From Candidatus Lustribacter sp. (GTDB lineage: Bacteria; Vulcanimicrobiota; Vulcanimicrobiia; Vulcanimicrobiales; Vulcanimicrobiaceae), in the NCBI GenBank assembly GCA_965277805.1, contig OZ255842.1, positions 1,920,001 through 1,984,000 of the forward strand: 64,000 nucleotides of DNA. Reading direction: 5' to 3'. Below the pieces are notes generated by a model that was given only the letters and a program-made list of their open reading frames with translations, was not told where the DNA came from and made no database searches. Positions within the stretch are counted from its first letter, which is position 1. Each line of letters starts with the position of its first letter. The position numbers and the translations under genes were made by a program. Below, in pieces: positions 9,162-18,908 of this stretch.

Positions 9162-9463
9162 ATGATTGAGGCTGAACCTTCGATTGGGTCTTCGCGACCC
9201 GAAGACGCCGTCATCCGCTTTACGGCATGCTTCGACGCGCACGATATCGAGGGAATGGTCCAGTTGTTCGCGGACACCGGCGTTTGGGTGCGGCCGGATG
9301 GAGACGTCGCCGGGATAGCAGAGCTGCGCACTTTCATGGACCACCGCTCGGCCGGCGTTTTTACGCGGCCGTCATCTCTAACATACGATCGACGGTCGCA
9401 AACGATCGCGCAGTCGTCGAGTCGAACGTACGTGAGTCAATTATGGAGTTCAAGCGTCAATGA
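9162..9463 (+). pseudogene. SnoaL/NTF2-like protein, frameshifted and truncated
   Basis: FDAHDIEGMVQLFADTGVW...FTR continues in another frame as VISNIRSTVANDRAVVES; adding one A near 9369 restores TR-H-VISN. Confidence 0.6.
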
Positions 9464-9510
9464 ATGCTGGTAGCGGACTCCTTACCGGCCTCGGTGTATG
9501 ATTCAGCCAG

Positions 9511-9978
9511 ATGGCCGCCCGGAACACGTCAAACTCTGAGACCGCGTCGCAATCCTTCGACGAATTCCGCTCCGCGTTTCGGCTTACGATTCCCCACGAA
9601 GTCGAATTCCGGGAGATCGATGTGCTCGGTCATGTCAACAACGTACGGTACTGCGAGTGGGCGGAGCACGCGCGATGCAAGTACTTCACCGAGGTCATAG
9701 GCGAGGATATCGCCGGACGAGCCGGTGTGATTCTCGCGAAGCACGACTTGCAGTATCTCAACATGGTGCGTTATCGCGAAAAGGTGGTCATGGGAGGCCG
9801 AATTACGCGATGGGGTGGCAAATCGTTTGACTTTTTCACTGAGGTCTGGTCGGAAAACATGGCCCGCTGTGTCTTTCATTCAACCGCCGTGCTCGTGGCT
9901 TATGACTATTCGGCGACCACCACAATCACGATCCCCGAGGACTGGCGACGACGCGTAACTGATTTCGAGACACGCTAA
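9511..9978 (+). CDS. Hotdog-fold acyl-CoA thioesterase (4-HBT/YbgC family)
   Basis: FREIDVLGHVNNVRY motif. Confidence 0.85.
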   Translation: MAARNTSNSETASQSFDEFRSAFRLTIPHEVEFREIDVLGHVNNVRYCEWAEHARCKYFTEVIGEDIAGRAGVILAKHDLQYLNMVRYREKVVMGGRITRWGGKSFDFFTEVWSENMARCVFHSTAVLVAYDYSATTTITIPEDWRRRVTDFETR

Positions 9979-9999
9979 CCGAAAGGGACGGTACTTGTC

Positions 10000-10977
10000 G
10001 TGGATGGCAAAATTGGCCTTGAGGAACATTTTGCGCTCGAAGAGACCATTTCGGACTCGCTGCACATGTTGCCGGAGGAAGCGTGGTCCGAAGTTCGCCG
10101 GCGGTTGCTGGACATCCAGGAGAAGCGGCTAGAGCTTATGGACGTCCATGGGATGGAGATGATGCTCCTCTCGCTCAACGCGCCAACAGTTCAGGCGAAG
10201 TCCGATCCGAAGGAAGCCTACGAGCTCTCGCGGCGCGCTAACGACTTTCTCGCGGAACAAGTGGCAAAGCGGCCTACGCGCTTTCAGGGACTCGCAGCGC
10301 TTCCGATGCAAGATCCGGATCTCGCCGCGCGCGAGCTCGAGCGGTGCGTCAACGAGCTCGGGTTCAAAGGTGCTCTCGTGAACGGCTTCTCGGAAATTTC
10401 GGGCGTCGAGGGTCCCGTGTACTACGATCTTCCGCAGTATTGGCCGTTCTGGGCGGCGGTTGAGTCATTGGATGTTCCGTTTTACCTGCATCCGCGCAAC
10501 CCGCTTCCGGACGACGCGCGCATTTACAAAGGCCATCCGTGGCTGCTCGGCCCGACCTGGGCGTTCGCGCAGGAGACGGCCGTTCACGCGCTGCGGCTCA
10601 TGGCTTCAGGTTTGTTCGACAAACACCCGAGACTTCAGATTATCTTGGGTCATATGGGCGAGGGATTGCCATACAACATGTGGCGCGTCGATAACCGCAA
10701 TGCTTGGATGAATTTGAAACCTCGTTACCCAGCTCAGAAGCGCCTTGCCGAGTACTTTCAGGCAAATTTTCACCTCACGACGTCGGGCAATTTCCGAACG
10801 CAGACACTGATCGACGCGATCCTCGAGATTGGCGCTGACCGAATCCTTTTTTCGACCGACTGGCCGTTCGAGAATATTGACCATGCAGCAGACTGGTTTG
10901 ATGCGGCGACTATGAGCGACTCGGATCGCCTCAAGATCGGCCGGCTAAACGCGCAGAAGCTGTTCAAACTCCTGTAG
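10000..10977 (+). CDS. graF: Gamma-resorcylate (2,6-/2,3-dihydroxybenzoate) decarboxylase, amidohydrolase family
   Basis: LEEHFA, FYLHPRNP, GHPWLLGPTWAFAQETAVHALRLM, TTSGNFRTQTL and FSTDWPFE match the Rhizobium enzyme as I recall it. Confidence 0.85.
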   Translation: MDGKIGLEEHFALEETISDSLHMLPEEAWSEVRRRLLDIQEKRLELMDVHGMEMMLLSLNAPTVQAKSDPKEAYELSRRANDFLAEQVAKRPTRFQGLAALPMQDPDLAARELERCVNELGFKGALVNGFSEISGVEGPVYYDLPQYWPFWAAVESLDVPFYLHPRNPLPDDARIYKGHPWLLGPTWAFAQETAVHALRLMASGLFDKHPRLQIILGHMGEGLPYNMWRVDNRNAWMNLKPRYPAQKRLAEYFQANFHLTTSGNFRTQTLIDAILEIGADRILFSTDWPFENIDHAADWFDAATMSDSDRLKIGRLNAQKLFKLL

Positions 10978-11001
10978 GCAAGTCGATCCTTGGAGTTCCA
11001 G

Positions 11002-11964
11002 TCAGCCGGCCCCACCGAAGAATTCCGGCGCGAACAACTCCTCGAGCGCCACGCGACGCGAGGTCAGTCCGTCGGCGACGAGGGCGCCGGTAATCGTTTC
11101 GAGCACATGCCGATTGGCCTCGACCCCGTACGGCGCGGGTAAGCCATTCATCTCGTCGCTCGGTCCCTTGGCAGCAACGAACGCGTCGTAAATACTCTCG
11201 ACCACCCACGGATGTTCTTCGTAGATCGACCGGCGCACGACCATCCCGTGGTTGATCGGGTAGATCTTCGTCTTCTCGTAGTAGCGCTGTCCCTCGGTCT
11301 TCGGATCGAACAAGAAGCGCACGTCCGGACTTTCACGCACGTCGACGGAACTGCGGTCGACGAGATTGCGTTCGAAAAGCCAATGCAAGAGCGCATCGAG
11401 CTTGCCGTCAAGTAACATCTGTCCGTTATTCGAATCCTTGGGCGTATATGTCAGGTCGATGCCGGGCGGCGGGACAAAGCCCATGGCGCCACCGTGGCTC
11501 TGATCGGGATTACGCTCCATGAACCACTTGAGCGACGTCATGTCGACGCCGAACTCGCTACGCAGTGCTTCACGGGTCCAAATGACCGCAGTTTGCTGAA
11601 ACTCCGGCACGCCGACGGTCTTGCCGTTGAGATCGAGCGGCGAATCGATGCCGCGGTCGTTGCGCACGAGCACACCGGTGTGAAAAAACTGGCGCGTCGC
11701 GAAGATCGGCAACATGACCCAGTCGCGCAGGCCTTTATCGGTCGCGATCGACATCGATGCCATCGACATCTCGGAGACGTCGAATTCCTTGTACTTGAGT
11801 TGCCGGAAAAAGATCTCCGAGCCGTGCAGCGCGCTGCAAGCTAAATTGATATCCGCCGGCTTCACGGTGCCTTCGAGGATCGCGCGGCTGCGTGGATGAC
11901 TCCCGATGGCGCAGGTGAGATTTAAGGGTGTACGCATGCCAAGACCTTCGCCGTTAGTGTCCAT
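11002..11964 (-). CDS. 4,5-dihydroxyphthalate decarboxylase-like protein (PhtC/OphC family)
   Basis: IFFRQLKYKEFDVSEMS, GVPEFQQTAVIW, IYPINHGMVVRR. Confidence 0.75.
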   Translation of the reverse strand: MDTNGEGLGMRTPLNLTCAIGSHPRSRAILEGTVKPADINLACSALHGSEIFFRQLKYKEFDVSEMSMASMSIATDKGLRDWVMLPIFATRQFFHTGVLVRNDRGIDSPLDLNGKTVGVPEFQQTAVIWTREALRSEFGVDMTSLKWFMERNPDQSHGGAMGFVPPPGIDLTYTPKDSNNGQMLLDGKLDALLHWLFERNLVDRSSVDVRESPDVRFLFDPKTEGQRYYEKTKIYPINHGMVVRRSIYEEHPWVVESIYDAFVAAKGPSDEMNGLPAPYGVEANRHVLETITGALVADGLTSRRVALEELFAPEFFGGAG

Positions 11965-12003
11965 AAAATGCTTCTTTCGTGCATCGATGCGATCTCAGCC
12001 CTC

Positions 12004-12046
12004 TTGCACGAAGGAAGTCGAGAGCATATATTTTGAATTCAAAGGT
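12004..12046 (+). promoter_or_regulatory. Sigma70-type promoter TTGCAC-17-TATATT overlapped by operator TATTTTGAATTCAAAGGT
   Basis: Read directly; the motif recurs at 25128 and 28607. Confidence 0.55.
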
Positions 12047-12081
12047 AGTTCAACCCAAGGCCACGATCGAAAGGCACCCGC

Positions 12082-12453
12082 ATGGCTCGTATTCGTCATA
12101 TAGCGCTGTTCACAAGGGACACGAGCGCGCTCGCCACGTTTTACACGACGACTTTCGGCATGCATGAGGTCATGCGGCGCGATAAACCCAACGGCGCGGT
12201 TTACCTCTCCGACGGTTACATCAATCTTGCGATCCTGCCCAATACCGACGCTGAGGCCGAGGGCGCGCCCGAAGGCATTCACCACTTCGGTTTCGAGGTT
12301 GACGATGTCGACGCTTTCGCGCGAAATGCCATCGGCGCCGGCGCGACCCAAGGCCGCAGCAACGTACCCGTCGATGGCCGGTATGCGGAGGCCTATATCA
12401 AAGACCCCACCGGGCAACGGGTCGATCTCTCGGCCGGCGGCTGGAAAGTCTAA
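12082..12453 (+). CDS. VOC/glyoxalase family protein
   Basis: IRHIAL, YLSDGYINLAIL, GIHHFGFEV, DPTGQRVDLS. Confidence 0.85.
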   Translation: MARIRHIALFTRDTSALATFYTTTFGMHEVMRRDKPNGAVYLSDGYINLAILPNTDAEAEGAPEGIHHFGFEVDDVDAFARNAIGAGATQGRSNVPVDGRYAEAYIKDPTGQRVDLSAGGWKV

Positions 12454-12455
12454 AC

Positions 12456-13628
12456 GTGCGGCGCTTGATCGTTGCAGCGGGGCTCGCGGCGCTCGTTGCC
12501 GGCACCCCAGCTGGGCCGACGGCCGCGGCCGATCCCTTCGTCATCGACGCTATCTCGTCGCTGACGGGGCCGAGCACGTTCGTCGGTAAAGGCACGGCCG
12601 AGGGACTCGAAGCGGTCGAGGCGATCGTGAACAAGGCCGGCGGCATCGGCGGCCGGCCGATAAAGTTCCTCATCCACAACGATGAGAGCAGCCCGCAGCT
12701 CACGGTCCAAATTGCAAACCAAATCTTCGATCACCATCCCACGGTCGTGGTCGGCAGTACGTACGGTGCGGGCTGCCGTGCGGTCTTCCCGCTCACGGCA
12801 AGCGGGCCAGTAACGTTCTGCATGACGCCCGCGGTCGTTCCGGCTCCGGGGAGTTACGACTTCGCGGCGGGGGTTTCGAATATCGATCTCACGCAAGCCG
12901 CGATTCGCTACTTTCGCGAGCGCGGCTGGACGAAGATTGCCACAATAACCGGTACCGATGCAACCGGACAAGACAACGACGCTGCGATCGATACGATTCT
13001 AGCGATGCCCGAAAATCACAGCGTGCAGCTGGCCGACCGCGAGCACTTCGCCATCACCGATCTCACGGTCAACGCACAGCTGGCGCATATCAAGAGCTCC
13101 GGCGCGCAAGTTCTCATGATCGGCACGGCGGGGACGCCAACCGGAACCATCTTGCGGGGGATCTCCGAAGTGGGGCTTGCAGTGCCGGTCGGCATCAACT
13201 ACGGCAACGCAACCCGTCCGCAGATGACCCAACTTGCCGACTACCTGCCGAAAGAACTCTACTTCTACGGCACGGCGTTTCTCGCGCCGGCCAGCGTCAC
13301 CGATGCGAAGACCAAAGCCGCCGTGGACCTCTACTACGCGACGCTGCGCGCGCTCGGACATGTGCCGGACGCGAGCCAACTATCGGGCTATGAGACGGGG
13401 ATGATCGTCGCGCACGTGCTACAGGTCGCCGGCCCCAGCGCCACGGCAGCTCAATTGCGCACGGCCTTGGCAAACCTGCGCGGTTGGGTCGGCGCGAACG
13501 GACCGTATGACTTCGTCACGTATCCCCAGCGCGGGCTCGGCCCGAACGCCGCCGTGATCAGTCGCTGGGACGCGAATCGTTCGGATTGGACGGCCGTGAG
13601 CCGGCCCGGCGGGGCACTCCTCCGCTAA
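12456..13628 (+). CDS. ABC substrate-binding protein, LivJ-like
   Basis: Signal peptide, SLTGP, GGIGGRPI..NDESSP; paralog of the 7949 and 27332 genes. Confidence 0.85.
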   Translation: MRRLIVAAGLAALVAGTPAGPTAAADPFVIDAISSLTGPSTFVGKGTAEGLEAVEAIVNKAGGIGGRPIKFLIHNDESSPQLTVQIANQIFDHHPTVVVGSTYGAGCRAVFPLTASGPVTFCMTPAVVPAPGSYDFAAGVSNIDLTQAAIRYFRERGWTKIATITGTDATGQDNDAAIDTILAMPENHSVQLADREHFAITDLTVNAQLAHIKSSGAQVLMIGTAGTPTGTILRGISEVGLAVPVGINYGNATRPQMTQLADYLPKELYFYGTAFLAPASVTDAKTKAAVDLYYATLRALGHVPDASQLSGYETGMIVAHVLQVAGPSATAAQLRTALANLRGWVGANGPYDFVTYPQRGLGPNAAVISRWDANRSDWTAVSRPGGALLR

Positions 13629-13635
13629 GGCGCAG

Positions 13636-14703
13636 CTATGCGAGAACCGGCTGCGACGTGAAGTGCGGTGCGACTTCGCGCGAAAACAACTCGATCGAAC
13701 GGACAGCCTCGGCATGCGGCAGCGTGTGGAAGTTGGCTTGAAGTGATGCGATCTCGAATCCACCCGATTCGGCTTGGAATCGCTCGATCTGCTTGCAGAC
13801 CTGTTCCGGAGAGCCAATCCATGCGCCGCAGCCTTCGATGAGCTTTTCCATGGTCAACGCGTTCATTTGCTCGCGGTGCTTATCGTAGTTCTTGTAATCG
13901 ACGGACGAATTCTCGGTAATCTCTTTTGTCGCCTCGATCAAAGAGGTGAAGTATGATTCTACATGCGGCTTCGCAATACGGCGGGCCCGTTCAGGATCGC
14001 GGTCGACGAACATGTGGAAGGCCAGAAAAACCCGTCCTTTGCCCGGATGACCGGCGTCACGGTAGGCCTTGCGGTAGATTTCGAGCATTTCGCGCAAGCG
14101 GCTGGCAGCCATCGGGACGGCCATGATGTAGTGCCCGTTTCGGCCCGCATATTCGTATGACTCGGCTGTGATATTAGCAGCCACATAGAATGGGGGCCGC
14201 GGCCGCGACGTCGGACGGGGCAGTGAGGTCGTCGCCTTAAACGAATGAAACTGCCCGTCGGCGGCGACGTTCTCTTCGCGGAGCAGCCGATCGACCTGCT
14301 CGATGCCTTCGCGAAATCTTGCGATCGACTCGTCGCGCGAAATACCAAACCGTTCGAACTCATGCGGCAGAAAGGCTCGCCCAAACCCAACCTCGAGCCG
14401 TCCGTTCGAAATTGCATCCAGCATTCCCAATTCACCCGCAATCTTTAGCGGATGGTTGAATGCCGGGATGACCGCACCGGTAATGACCTTGATCCGCTGC
14501 GTGCGCGCGGCTGCTGCCGTGAGCATCACGATCGAACTCGGACTATAGCCTCCATACGGCGTAAAGTAATGCTCGATCGCACGGACGTGCGCGTAGCCGT
14601 GCGCCTCCGCCGCCTCAACCAACTCCAGCGAATCGCGAAAGTAGTCAGCGGGGGATTTCTCCGCGGGGCTGACATCCGGAAAGAGCGTTAAGCCGAATTC
14701 CAC
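13636..14703 (-). CDS. LLM-class (luciferase-like) flavin-dependent monooxygenase
   Basis: EFGL, EHYFTPYGGYSP, LDAISNGRLEVGFGRAF; start reset to GTG 14703. Confidence 0.85.
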   Translation of the reverse strand: MEFGLTLFPDVSPAEKSPADYFRDSLELVEAAEAHGYAHVRAIEHYFTPYGGYSPSSIVMLTAAAARTQRIKVITGAVIPAFNHPLKIAGELGMLDAISNGRLEVGFGRAFLPHEFERFGISRDESIARFREGIEQVDRLLREENVAADGQFHSFKATTSLPRPTSRPRPPFYVAANITAESYEYAGRNGHYIMAVPMAASRLREMLEIYRKAYRDAGHPGKGRVFLAFHMFVDRDPERARRIAKPHVESYFTSLIEATKEITENSSVDYKNYDKHREQMNALTMEKLIEGCGAWIGSPEQVCKQIERFQAESGGFEIASLQANFHTLPHAEAVRSIELFSREVAPHFTSQPVLA

Positions 14704-14716
14704 CGCGTTGGGTCGT

Positions 14717-16018
14717 CTACGCGTTCGCGTGCGTGGGTTCGCCGGCGAATGCGCCGACGGTCTGCCACGGGGTCCCAATCGGGATGATCTTCTCTTCAGC
14801 GTAGAGGCGATTGTAAGGGATGTCCTCGGTAAGACCGAGTGGCGGCTCATCTGCCTCGTTGAAGCGCCTCACCGCGTCGAGCATCAGGCGGCGCATCCGG
14901 ATGACCGGGATATCGCTCGTGCCGAGATGCTCTTTGCTGCGGTCGTAGATCGGGCCCATGCTTTCTTGGACGGCGAGGTCCTCGATGTTGACGCCGCGGA
15001 GCCCGGTAAAGCTCTCCCCGCGCATCATGGCCTGGCGATCCTGCAGCCATGTGTTTTCGGACGTGGCCATCAGGTTATAGTCCGCGTCGAGGTCGATTCC
15101 GGGTCGTAGTCCCGATCCGGCACTGCTTTTCGCCCGCACGGTATCATCGAGCGGCATGTCGTTCTTGACTTGAATGAAGTAAAACATCGTGTGCGTATCG
15201 TCGATCGGCACAAACGCCTGCATCCACGTCCAGCCTTTCGGCGGAGGGAAGATCGCGTAGATCGGCGCGATAAACAGCGTCACACGAATGTATTTGGTGG
15301 TATCGGGGTCGGCGATCGGTGTGCGAATTGCCGCATAGCGATACCCGTACGCCGTGTCCTGCGTTTCCATTCGCGGTTTCAGATCGGCCGAAGGGCGCTT
15401 GGCGTGGAAATCGTCGCTCATTACCGTCGCACCGCCGACCGCGGCCGGCGAGACGAGGTTCTGGTGCAAGATGTTCGTGTGCGACGAATCGATGACACCC
15501 TCGAGACATTGCAGCCAGTTGCACGCCACGCGGGCCTGCATGATATGGCGAAACTCCGGCGCAACCTCGGTGAACGGGAAGTTCATATGCGGCGGTTCGC
15601 TACCGGCCGGGCCGAGATACACCCACACGAGCCCGCCCGCTTCATAAGCGGGGTAGGACATCGCTTTGATGCGGTCTTTGAAGCCGAACTCTTCAGGCTC
15701 AGCGGGCGTCTCCAGGATCGCTCCACGGCAGTTGATCTTCCAGCCATGGTAGAGGCAGCGCAAGCCGCCCGTTTCGTTTCGCGCTAGCGCCAGCGATGCG
15801 CCACGGTGCGGACAGTACTCATCGAGCAGACCAACGGTTCCCGCCGGTTCGCGGAACGCGACCAGGTCTTCTCCCAGCAGCCGCACGCGTTTGGGCGCAC
15901 CGCCGGCGACCAAGTCGGAGCTCTGTAACGCCGGGATCCAATACCGTCGCATCATCTTCCCCATCGGGGTCGCAGCACCAATACGGCACAACAGTTCGTT
16001 CTCGGCGGTCGTCAGCAT
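14717..16018 (-). CDS. Rieske aromatic oxygenase, phthalate 4,5-dioxygenase-like
   Basis: CPHRGASL...CLYHGW Rieske motif; EGVIDSSHTNILH and EDLAVQESMG iron site. Confidence 0.85.
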   Translation of the reverse strand: MLTTAENELLCRIGAATPMGKMMRRYWIPALQSSDLVAGGAPKRVRLLGEDLVAFREPAGTVGLLDEYCPHRGASLALARNETGGLRCLYHGWKINCRGAILETPAEPEEFGFKDRIKAMSYPAYEAGGLVWVYLGPAGSEPPHMNFPFTEVAPEFRHIMQARVACNWLQCLEGVIDSSHTNILHQNLVSPAAVGGATVMSDDFHAKRPSADLKPRMETQDTAYGYRYAAIRTPIADPDTTKYIRVTLFIAPIYAIFPPPKGWTWMQAFVPIDDTHTMFYFIQVKNDMPLDDTVRAKSSAGSGLRPGIDLDADYNLMATSENTWLQDRQAMMRGESFTGLRGVNIEDLAVQESMGPIYDRSKEHLGTSDIPVIRMRRLMLDAVRRFNEADEPPLGLTEDIPYNRLYAEEKIIPIGTPWQTVGAFAGEPTHANA

Positions 16019-16029
16019 CGCATTGCTCC

Positions 16030-17484
16030 TTAGGACAGACCGTATTCTTTCCAGCGCGACGCGACCTTGGACATCATGGCGGCGCTGACTTTGTTGACAG
16101 GTGGATAGGTGACGCCCTTAAACTTGAACGACGCGTCGATTCCCACTCCGCATGTCGGCGGATCGAAGTCGACGTCGATCGATTTTCGCTTGGGCAAGTC
16201 GTGCTTTTTCCCGACGATGACGTGCTTTTCAGGATCGCTCGCCGCACACACGCGCCACATCACTTCGTCCCAGTCGCGGACGTTGCAGTCTTCGTCGACC
16301 ACGATGATCCAGCGCCACGGTTCCCCGGTGTCGTTCCAGATGCCGTCCATGATTCGCCGCGCATCGTCTTTGTCGCGAATGGTCGCCGAGACGATCAGCA
16401 TGCCCATGCGCCCCACTTCCGGGAAAAACACCTCGCGGATGTTTGTCAGGCCGGTCTTCTGAATGACGCGTGCCTGGATCGAGCCGGAACGAAGGAGCTG
16501 ACGCGGATAATCTTCGACACGCAGGCAGATCAAGCCGTAGCTCAGCGGGTTCTTGCGATGCGTGATACACGTGATGTGCACGACGAACGAATCCGAGTTC
16601 TCGCCGTAAAAACCCGTCGATTCGCCGTGAGGGCCTTCGGTCGTGCGTTCCTTCGGGTAAACGATGCCCTCGACGATCATCTCGGCGCGCGCCGGCACCA
16701 GCAGATCGTTGGTCTCGCATTTCACGAGTTCCGTCGGGGCCCCGCGCCAGCCGCCGGCGGCTTCGTATTCCATTGAGCCGTTCGGACCCGGAGCAACGGG
16801 GCTGCCGGAAGCTAGGACGAGCAGCGGATCCATACCAAGAACAATCGCGACGGGCGTCGGCAGGCCGGCCGCTTCGTTTTCCATGATGTGGTCGCCGCCG
16901 GCGGCACCGGTAGTCAGGCCCCGGCCGCGGATACCACCGGCCATCGACACCGTCGTCTTGTCTTTGATCATCACGCGATAGGAGCCCATGTTCAGGTCGC
17001 CCGTTAGGGGATCGCGCGTAACGAAACCGGAGGTCGTTCCCAGATAGCGGCCGCCGTCATGTTCGTGCCAAACGGGAGTTGGCACGAGGTCGATGTCGAT
17101 CGCATCCCCGGTGACGATCACTTCTTTGCATGGTCCGGTTTCGAGAACTGTCGACGGAATGCGTTCGATCATGCCACGCACGACCCGTTCGTGAATCAGC
17201 TCTTCTTCCGGTTCAGCGTTGAAGGCGACCGCAAGCTGCTGGGTCGTCGAAATGATATTGGTCACCAGGGGCTTACCCTTATAGCCCTTGATGTTTTCGA
17301 ACAGCAGTGCCGGGCCTTTGCGCTCGAGCGAACGGGCAGTGATCGCACCGACTTCGTGAACGGGGTCGACCTCGACTGTGATGCGATGAAGCAGTTTTTT
17401 GGATTCTAGCAGCTCCAGGTACTCGCGCAAATCATGGTAACCCACCCACGCGTTCGTCTGGGGCTTCGGCTGCGTCATCGCCAT
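16030..17484 (-). CDS. UbiD-family (prFMN-dependent) decarboxylase
   Basis: DLREYLELLE, GPALLFENIKG, EGPHGESTGFY, IVVDEDCNVRD; AAGGAG upstream of ATG 17484. Confidence 0.9.
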   Translation of the reverse strand: MAMTQPKPQTNAWVGYHDLREYLELLESKKLLHRITVEVDPVHEVGAITARSLERKGPALLFENIKGYKGKPLVTNIISTTQQLAVAFNAEPEEELIHERVVRGMIERIPSTVLETGPCKEVIVTGDAIDIDLVPTPVWHEHDGGRYLGTTSGFVTRDPLTGDLNMGSYRVMIKDKTTVSMAGGIRGRGLTTGAAGGDHIMENEAAGLPTPVAIVLGMDPLLVLASGSPVAPGPNGSMEYEAAGGWRGAPTELVKCETNDLLVPARAEMIVEGIVYPKERTTEGPHGESTGFYGENSDSFVVHITCITHRKNPLSYGLICLRVEDYPRQLLRSGSIQARVIQKTGLTNIREVFFPEVGRMGMLIVSATIRDKDDARRIMDGIWNDTGEPWRWIIVVDEDCNVRDWDEVMWRVCAASDPEKHVIVGKKHDLPKRKSIDVDFDPPTCGVGIDASFKFKGVTYPPVNKVSAAMMSKVASRWKEYGLS

Positions 17485-17587
17485 CGCACTTCTCCTTACG
17501 GTACCTGTTGCGCGTCCTACGACGCCGCTTCCGGACCCTCCCGCGGGAGCAGGACGCGCACCGCGATCGGACAACGGAACTGAGAGC

Positions 17588-17917
17588 ATGACGGCTCCCT
17601 TGATGTGGTCAAGGCGCTTGATTCTGGCGGGTGCCGGTGCGCTGTGCGCTGCGGGGCCGTTGCGCCTTACCGCTCAGCCGCTTACCCATCTTAGCGTGGG
17701 CACGATTCCAACTGACCCACCGCTGTCGCAAACCGTCAACGCCGGGCTCACTCGCATCTTGGGAAAGCCGTACGACGCAATCGCGCCGCACTTTCTGATC
17801 GCGGCGTTCTTCGCACAAGCCGATTTCATCAATGCCAACAAAGACGCGATTCAACGATTCTCGCGGGCGATGGAGCAGGGCAACGCATTCGCTAACGCCC
17901 AGTCGTCATCAACCTGA
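17588..17917 (+). pseudogene. Internally deleted paralog of the downstream NitT/TauT SBP
   Basis: N-terminal ~45 aa joins directly to LSQTVNAGLTRILGKPYDAIAP, which matches residue ~195 onward of the next gene; C-terminus missing. Confidence 0.75.
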
Positions 17918-17926
17918 AAGCGTGAA

Positions 17927-18895
17927 ATGATGCTTACTTCGCACTGGTCACGACGTGCCTTTATAGCAGGGGCGGCGAGCGCTGCTGTGCCACTCCGAGG
18001 AGGCGCGCAAAACCTCACGCATGTGAGCGTGGGCACGGCGCCGATCGACGCCGGAATGCCGCCGGTCATAGCCCAACACGCCGGGATCTTCAAGCGCAAC
18101 GGTCTGGACGTCGACGTGCAGGTCATGAACAGCGGGGCGGCCGTAGCCGCCGCCATCGTCGGCGGAGCGCTCAACGCCGGCGGTACGAGCGTTATGGGAC
18201 TCATTACGGCGCACCTCAAAGGGGTGCCGTTCCAAATCATTGCTCCCGCCAGCCTGTATGTGAGCGATCATCCCTCCGAACTGCTCGTCGTGCGAAAGGA
18301 CTCGACAATCCGTACCGGCGTCGATCTCAATGGGAAAGTCGTCGCCTCTCCCGCGCTCAAGGATCTGTTCTCGATTACAACCTTCGCGTGGGTGGATGAA
18401 AACGGAGGCGACTCGCGCACACTACACGAGATCGAGTTGCCGCCCGCCGCGACTCCGGCGGCACTCGATAGCGGCCGTATCGATGCAGCCGTACTGACGG
18501 AACCGCTGCTCTCGCAAACGATCAACGCGGGCATAGCGCGGGTCTTGGGAAAGCCGTACGACGCCATAGCGCCGCGCTTTATGATCGCAGCCGTTTTTGC
18601 CGACGCGAATTATATCAACGCGAACAAGGACGCAGTCCAGCGCCTCTCACGAGCGCTTCTGCAAGCGAATGCGTTCGGCAATGCGCATCCCGATCAAACC
18701 GCACCATGGCTAGCGGAACTCACAAAGGTGGATGTAGCGACGATCAATCGCGGTCATCGTGAGATGTTCGACGAGGCGATCATACCGGGCAACCTGCAGC
18801 GCGTGATCGACGCAGCCGCGCGCTACAAGGCCATCGATCACGCCTTCGATGCCCGCGACCTCATCAGTCCAGTCGTGCTGAGCGCGAAAACTTGA
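17927..18895 (+). CDS. NitT/TauT-family ABC substrate-binding protein, Tat-like signal
   Basis: SRRAFI, GIFKRNGLDV, DLNGKVVA, GRIDAAVLTEP. Confidence 0.85.
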   Translation: MMLTSHWSRRAFIAGAASAAVPLRGGAQNLTHVSVGTAPIDAGMPPVIAQHAGIFKRNGLDVDVQVMNSGAAVAAAIVGGALNAGGTSVMGLITAHLKGVPFQIIAPASLYVSDHPSELLVVRKDSTIRTGVDLNGKVVASPALKDLFSITTFAWVDENGGDSRTLHEIELPPAATPAALDSGRIDAAVLTEPLLSQTINAGIARVLGKPYDAIAPRFMIAAVFADANYINANKDAVQRLSRALLQANAFGNAHPDQTAPWLAELTKVDVATINRGHREMFDEAIIPGNLQRVIDAAARYKAIDHAFDARDLISPVVLSAKT

Positions 18896-18908
18896 GCATG
18901 CTATAACG

